NCBI GenBank assembly: GCA_020890855.1
Contig: JAJHPN010000030.1
Span: forward strand, 1 to 45,232
DNA length: 45,232 nucleotides
Reading direction: 5' to 3'
DNA from: Candidatus Contendobacter sp.
Lineage (GTDB): Bacteria > Pseudomonadota > Gammaproteobacteria > Competibacterales > Competibacteraceae
Of this stretch, positions 41,319-45,232 are shown piece by piece. The translations under genes were made by a program, and so were the position numbers. The notes below the pieces were generated by a model, which saw only the letters and a list, made by a program, of their open reading frames with translations, had not been told where the DNA came from and made no database searches. Positions within the stretch are counted from its first letter, which is position 1. Each line of letters begins with the position of its first letter.

Positions 41319-41651
41319 ATGCCTACTTTGGATCAATTGATGTCTCTGTCGGGCGCCTATGGTGCGCTTGAATTTTCTTGCACCGGGGATTTGGGCGAGA
41401 TCCGGGGTGATCTCCATCACGACTTTGCCGAAGTCGTCGCCCAAATGTGCGCCGCCAACATGGCCATCTATCGGATGCAGGCTACGGGCTGGGCGAAGCT
41501 TTCAGGCCAACAGGGGTTTCTACCCGAACGGGGTTTTGCCTTCCTGGGCCTGGATGACGTGATGATGGGCATGGACAGCAAGGCCGTACTCGCCAAAAGA
41601 CAGGCTTTTGATTATGACCAAGCTTATAAGCTCTTCAATGAAAAGGCCTAG
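41319..41651 (+). CDS. DUF2173 (Roadblock/LC7-like) protein, paralogue 2
   Basis: 110 aa; RBS AGGAG. 'LMSLSGAYGALEFSCTGDLGEIRGDL...AEVVAQMCAANMAIYRMQATGWAKLSG'. Confidence 0.7.
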   Translation: MPTLDQLMSLSGAYGALEFSCTGDLGEIRGDLHHDFAEVVAQMCAANMAIYRMQATGWAKLSGQQGFLPERGFAFLGLDDVMMGMDSKAVLAKRQAFDYDQAYKLFNEKA

Positions 41652-41682
41652 AACCATGGACATCGCGAAAGGAGAATGAGCC

Positions 41683-42018
41683 ATGATTAATTTGGAGAGC
41701 CTGCTAAGCGTCCAGGGGGGCATCGCGGCGCTGCGCTTCAGTGACGATGGCGCCTTGATCGAGTCGGTGGGCGAACTGGAGCAGACGCATAGCCGTCTGG
41801 CCGCAGATATCTGTTATGCGAACGGGCGCATGATGCAGCAAGGCGGCGATATGCTGATGACCCTTTCCGGCATGAAAGGATGGTCGCCTTACGGGTGGAT
41901 GATGATGGGCGATGAACGGTCCATCTGTACGGTAGCGGGGGTCGCCTGCTTCGTAAGAAATAGCGAGGCGTCGTTCAACGAAGTATTGCATGTTCTGTCT
42001 GAGGTGGGATATCAATAG
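41683..42018 (+). CDS. DUF2173 (Roadblock/LC7-like) protein, paralogue 3
   Basis: 111 aa; RBS AAGGAG. 'LLSVQGGIAALRFSDDGALIESVGEL...AADICYANGRMMQQGGDMLMTLSGMKGWSPYGWMMMGDERSICTVAGVACFVRNSEASFNEVLHVL'. Confidence 0.7.
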   Translation: MINLESLLSVQGGIAALRFSDDGALIESVGELEQTHSRLAADICYANGRMMQQGGDMLMTLSGMKGWSPYGWMMMGDERSICTVAGVACFVRNSEASFNEVLHVLSEVGYQ

Positions 42019-42142
42019 GGTAGCCTTCCGCCTACTGAGGTCTATGCTCGCTGGTGGACCGCTTGCGATTGAGTGCGCCCTGCTTTTCCTATTGCACTGT
42101 CTCGCTGGACATAAATAATTCATATGTTGAGAAGGAGTACGC

Positions 42143-42550
42143 ATGCCCTCTCACTGTAACCGCAAAACCCATTCCCTTGTTGCCAAGGCGGCGGAACTCG
42201 CCTTCGCCGTGCCGCAGGTCGTCGCTCATCGAGTCACGCGCATGGCTATCGCGGGTTCCACGCCTTCAGCACGTGATCGGAAGGAATTTCAGCGCATGAG
42301 CGCCGAGAAAGCGGCTGCGTTTAGTGAGTCCTGGAACGCAATGACCTTGCAAGCCTTTCGCGCTCATCAAGCGCTAGCGGCTTCCTTTCTTCGCTCGTTC
42401 TGGTCGCCTTCGCTCAACAGGCCATCGGCAAGTGCGGTGGCTGCGCAGTTGCAAAGCGCTGCACTGGATGTTCTGAGTAAAGGCATCGCCCCAGTGCATC
42501 GGAAAGCAGTAGCAAACGCCAAGCGCTTGGCGCGCACCAAGCTCCGGTAA
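42143..42550 (+). CDS. small helical protein resembling betaproteobacterial PHA-granule phasin-like proteins
   Basis: 135 aa; RBS AAGGAG. 'AFAVPQVVAHRVTRMAIAGSTPSARDRKEFQRMSAEKAAAFSESW...GIAPVHRKAVANAKRLAR'. Family assignment is from memory and needs an HMM check. Confidence 0.5.
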   Translation: MPSHCNRKTHSLVAKAAELAFAVPQVVAHRVTRMAIAGSTPSARDRKEFQRMSAEKAAAFSESWNAMTLQAFRAHQALAASFLRSFWSPSLNRPSASAVAAQLQSAALDVLSKGIAPVHRKAVANAKRLARTKLR

Positions 42551-42662
42551 CCGTGCCTAACCCTTCTATCAAACCGACCCACAATGGCAAGCCGTTGTGG
42601 TCTGCCTGTGTCAAACAATAGGCAATTTTCGGCAAGAATCCCGCAACCAACAGGAGAAAGAA

Positions 42663-42950
42663 ATGTCCAGCGTCGGTTATCACGAACCCATAGATGAACT
42701 GTCTGATGAAACGCGCGACATGCATCGCGCCATCGTGTCCCTGATGGAAGAACTAGAGGCCGTTGATTGGTACAACCAACGGGTTGATGCCTGCAAGGAC
42801 ACGGAACTCAAAGCCATCCTTGAGCACAATCGAGACGAGGAAAAGGAACACGCCTCCATGGTGCTGGAGTGGATTCGGCGCAAAGACCCAACGTTCTCCA
42901 ACAAGCTCAAAGACTATTTATTCACCGAAAAATCTATCGCGCATCAGTGA
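42663..42950 (+). CDS. encapsulated-ferritin-type (EncFtn/Flp) ferritin-like protein without targeting peptide
   Basis: 95 aa from ATG 42663 (RBS GGAGAA). 'HEPIDELSDETRDMHRAIVSLMEELEAVDWYNQRVDACKDTELKAILEHNRDEEKEHASMVLEWIRRKDP...YLFTE' closely follows the EncFtn pattern, including the EExEH ferroxidase residues. Confidence 0.75.
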   Translation: MSSVGYHEPIDELSDETRDMHRAIVSLMEELEAVDWYNQRVDACKDTELKAILEHNRDEEKEHASMVLEWIRRKDPTFSNKLKDYLFTEKSIAHQ

Positions 42951-43046
42951 CGATGGCTAACCCTTCGTTCCAGCGGACTGCCTGTGGCAGTCGCTGAACT
43001 CAAACGTGATAGGCGCCGCGCGTGGCTGAGCCGATTTGGGGAAAGC

Positions 43047-43256
43047 CTAGCGGCGCTTCTTCCTCTTCACCGGCGGAGAAGGCGCCAGCACGCCGGTCCA
43101 AAAGCTGAGGATGTCCCTCGTGGCATTTGTCATCGCGGCTGCAGCTTGGCGCTTGGCTTGCACTGCCGCGTGGCCGCGCATCGATCCGGCAACCGTATTC
43201 GCCCCGCTCAGCCAGAGACTCATGAATGGGTTCTTCTTCAGCCAGAGATTGGTCAT
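43047..43256 (-). CDS. small basic protein of unknown function
   Basis: 69 aa; strong RBS AAGGAG 7 nt upstream. 'NPFMSLWLSGANTVAGSMRGHAAVQAKRQAAAAMTNATRDILSFW', then a PPVKRKKRR tail. Confidence 0.5.
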   Translation of the reverse strand: MTNLWLKKNPFMSLWLSGANTVAGSMRGHAAVQAKRQAAAAMTNATRDILSFWTGVLAPSPPVKRKKRR

Positions 43257-43365
43257 TCCGGTTCTCCTTAATGATCACCGCAGTAGTCGGTCGTCGTTAA
43301 ATGGCCGCTGTCCTGCAATCAAACCCGCTCCGGCAGGGCCGGAAGTGGGTCTGTTCGAGTTATTG

Positions 43366-43869
43366 TCATGCTTTCCAGTTCTGATCGACACGATTCCACG
43401 CCGCACGCGCCGCCGGTCTTACCTCTTGCCAAGGGGGATCGAGTTCGGTCTTGATGAGGCTGTATTCCGCCATCAACTCGGGTTCCACCCCTTCGAAAGT
43501 GCGGCCATCGTAACGCACACGGCCTTCCCAGCCGGCGCGAAAGCCCGGAGCATAGTACTCGTAGGTTCTGCCTTGCACGTAGTAGGGTTCGCGGATGTAG
43601 GTCTCTCTCCAGAAGATTTCTTCTGCAGTGGGGTTAACCGTTTCGGCGGCGCGTTTACCCGCCAGTCCTCCCGCCACCGCTCCCACTGCGGCTCCGATCG
43701 CGCTGCCAATCGGCCCGCCCACCGCCATTCCGATAGCGGCTCCGGCCACTCCGCCGGATGCCGCGCCGGCGCCTGTGCCCAGTGGGTGAGCGCCCGGGGC
43801 GCCGGTGAAGGGGTCGCGGTTCAGTTCTTCTTCGTTGGCTACCACTTTCCGGGTTACTGTTTCGATCAT
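43366..43869 (-). CDS. glycine-zipper domain protein with conserved C-terminal Y/W-rich domain
   Basis: 167 aa; RBS AGGAG. 'GAPGAHPLGTGAGAASGGVAGAAIGMAVGGPIGSAIGAAVGAVAGGLAGK', then 'EEIFWRETYIREPYY...YEYYAPGFRAGW'. Confidence 0.65.
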   Translation of the reverse strand: MIETVTRKVVANEEELNRDPFTGAPGAHPLGTGAGAASGGVAGAAIGMAVGGPIGSAIGAAVGAVAGGLAGKRAAETVNPTAEEIFWRETYIREPYYVQGRTYEYYAPGFRAGWEGRVRYDGRTFEGVEPELMAEYSLIKTELDPPWQEVRPAARAAWNRVDQNWKA

Positions 43870-44112
43870 TTCCGTTCTCCTACGCCGATCGTCGGCGTTT
43901 CAAGTGGGTTGTTCAGGGTGAGTTGACCATTGCATGAGTTTTCCCCTTTGCGTCGAATCCGGCATCTGCGCAAGATCGAAAGCGTGCTGAGAGGTTTTGC
44001 TTGGAGCAAGTCGCCATTGAGATGACGACATATGCACCTTAAACCGGGATGCCGCATTCGATCTGTGCGCTGGCGAGCTTAAGAACGTGGTGCCGCCCCA
44101 AACCATGAATGT

Positions 44113-44279
44113 TCCACGAGCGACTTCGTGGGCAATCATGTAGGCGTGGGCAAAATCGCCCAGAGCGCGAAAGAACGCTCAGTCGAGATAGAGCGTCTCG
44201 TCGCCGGCGCACTAGAAGGAGTCCATGGCCGATTGCCGCAGGCCGAGCGAACTTGCCCGTCATAAAGAACCAGCGTCGG
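44113..44279 (-). pseudogene. decayed YpfJ-like neutral zinc metallopeptidase gene
   Basis: The minus strand reads 'PTLVLYDGQVRSACG' in one frame. After a frameshift it reads 'SAMDSF*CAGDETLYLD*AFFRALGDFAHAYMIAHEVARG', with in-frame TAG and TGA. The HExxH motif is degraded to HEVAR. Confidence 0.6.
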
Positions 44280-44439
44280 GGACGGTACTGGCTCTGGTTC
44301 GATTGCGGCGGAAGATAAGACCTGCCAGCCGCTGACCGGCGAGTTGAATCAGTGTGTGTGTTACAGCACAGACGCTCCCCGTGGAGTCATGGTAGTTTTT
44401 GCTTCCTGTAGTACCAGTGAACCCGTGGGGGATTGAGTC

Positions 44440-45195
44440 ATGACAGCACCGAGCATTGCCAGGTCGCGCCGCAACCCTTTTGCGGATTTCTCGCCCGTCA
44501 TTTTGCCGGGCGCCTTGGCGCTGTCCGGGTGTACCTCAGAACATTCAGCCGAGCCCGGCAAAGGGAGCGCCGCTTCCACCTCATCGAGGCACAAGGAAGT
44601 GGGCGAAGCATCCTGGTACGGACCTGGGTTTCACGGCAAAGAGACCGCTAATGGCGAAACCTTTGATCAGAAAAAAATGACCGCTGCTCATCCCAGTTTG
44701 CCGATGGGAACTCAGGCTGAAGTCACCAATCTGGAAAATGGCAAATCGATTATCGTGCGCCTCAATGATCGCGGACCATTTTTATCAGATCGATTAATCG
44801 ACCTCTCTTATACAGCTGCCTACAAGTTAGGAATACTGGCCGGCGGCAGTGGCCAAGTGGAGGTGGAAAGTATATTGCCGGACGATGGTTCAATGAGAAT
44901 AGCCCGATCCCAGTCGGTTACTCCGTCAACAAAAATCTCCGCCCTACCTAACCATATCGAGATGAATACGGTTTACCTGCAATTAGGCGCGTTTGGCTCA
45001 CCAGATAATGCGCATAATTTTCTCTCAAAAATACGAAAGAAACTTCCCTGGCTTAACGATACTGTCAGCATCACCAGAAATAACGGTTTGTATAAAATTC
45101 ACGCGGGTCCCTATCCAGATCAAGTGCTTGCCAAACAAGCAGCCACGACTATCACTCAGCATCTTGCAGTTACACCCGTGCTCGTCATAGATTAA
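44440..45195 (+). CDS. rlpA: septal-ring lytic transglycosylase RlpA (DPBB + SPOR)
   Basis: 251 aa. Lipobox 'LALSGC-TS'. DPBB 'GEASWYGPGFHGKETANGETFDQKKMTAAHPSLPMGTQAEVTNLENGKSIIVRLNDRGPF'. C-terminal SPOR 'VYLQLGAFGSPDNAHNFL...LYKIHAGPY'. Confidence 0.9.
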   Translation: MTAPSIARSRRNPFADFSPVILPGALALSGCTSEHSAEPGKGSAASTSSRHKEVGEASWYGPGFHGKETANGETFDQKKMTAAHPSLPMGTQAEVTNLENGKSIIVRLNDRGPFLSDRLIDLSYTAAYKLGILAGGSGQVEVESILPDDGSMRIARSQSVTPSTKISALPNHIEMNTVYLQLGAFGSPDNAHNFLSKIRKKLPWLNDTVSITRNNGLYKIHAGPYPDQVLAKQAATTITQHLAVTPVLVID

Positions 45196-45210
45196 AAGCC
45201 AAAAAAAAAA

Positions 45211-45232
45211 TCCCTATTGCACGCAATAGGGA
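45211..45232 (-). terminator. intrinsic-terminator-like hairpin (T-run on minus strand)
   Basis: TCCCTATTGC-AC-GCAATAGGGA palindrome, preceded on the plus strand by A13 (45199-45210). On the minus strand this is a hairpin plus U-tract, probably serving a convergent gene beyond the window end. Bidirectional use for rlpA cannot be judged because the window ends here. Confidence 0.5.

Noticed and set aside
42951-43365. I searched for an encapsulin shell gene downstream of the EncFtn-like gene.
   Set aside because: The only genes here are a 69-aa minus-strand gene and non-coding DNA. No ~270-aa HK97-fold-sized ORF lies on the plus strand.
43111-43926. A 271-aa plus-strand ORF, plus the ORFs at 43000-43278 (minus) and 42984-43271 (plus).
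   Set aside because: The 271-aa ORF is antisense to the glycine-zipper gene, which has an RBS and a recognisable motif pattern. The others overlap the 69-aa basic-protein gene in other frames and have no RBS.

Overview
This is a 45.2-kb, densely coding, mostly high-GC proteobacterial chromosomal window. I found no rRNA, tRNA, CRISPR array, transposase or integrase. All family names come from motif recognition by eye, with no database search.

Gene order:
- (1) Small stress-type genes: a tiny membrane protein, a coiled-coil protein and a BON lipoprotein.
- (2) A KaiA-less kaiC-kaiB pair whose KaiC has a long C-terminal tail. It is translationally coupled to a Crp/Fnr-type regulator.
- (3) A 2,880-aa cyclic beta-1,2-glucan synthase (NdvB/Cgs type).
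- (4) A complete N-type ATPase operon (atpD-C-Q-R-B-E-F-A-[hpf-like]-G) plus a DUF2254 gene. This block is bracketed by two inverted 120-bp MITE-like repeats; a third, diverged copy lies at 611-736.
- (5) A minus-strand block: acetoin reductase, DUF302, a P1B-ATPase relic, DUF1840, a BON lipoprotein, and a CsbD gene missed by the ORF track. It is divergent from a CFA-synthase-like methyltransferase.
- (6) A 3'-terminal relic of a second glucan-synthase gene, still ATGA-coupled to a yhiI-rbbA-yhhJ-type ABC module.
- (7) A four-gene OMF/MFP/MacB-type efflux operon, followed by a secreted DUF3494 (ice-binding-like) protein with an IPTL-CTERM sorting tail.
- (8) An mgtA relic, an AI-2E transporter and a transglutaminase-like gene.
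- (9) A lower-GC cluster: three tandem DUF2173 (Roadblock-like) paralogues, a phasin-like protein, a shell-less encapsulated-ferritin-type protein, a small basic protein and a glycine-zipper protein.
- (10) A decayed ypfJ-like peptidase gene and rlpA.

Most promising for novelty:
- the DUF2173 x3 / phasin-like / orphan EncFtn cluster;
- the kaiCB-crp operon;
- the MITE-bracketed N-ATPase with an embedded HPF-like gene;
- the MacB-type pump next to the IPTL-CTERM protein;
- the glucan-synthase relic, which marks a roughly 13-kb accretion zone.
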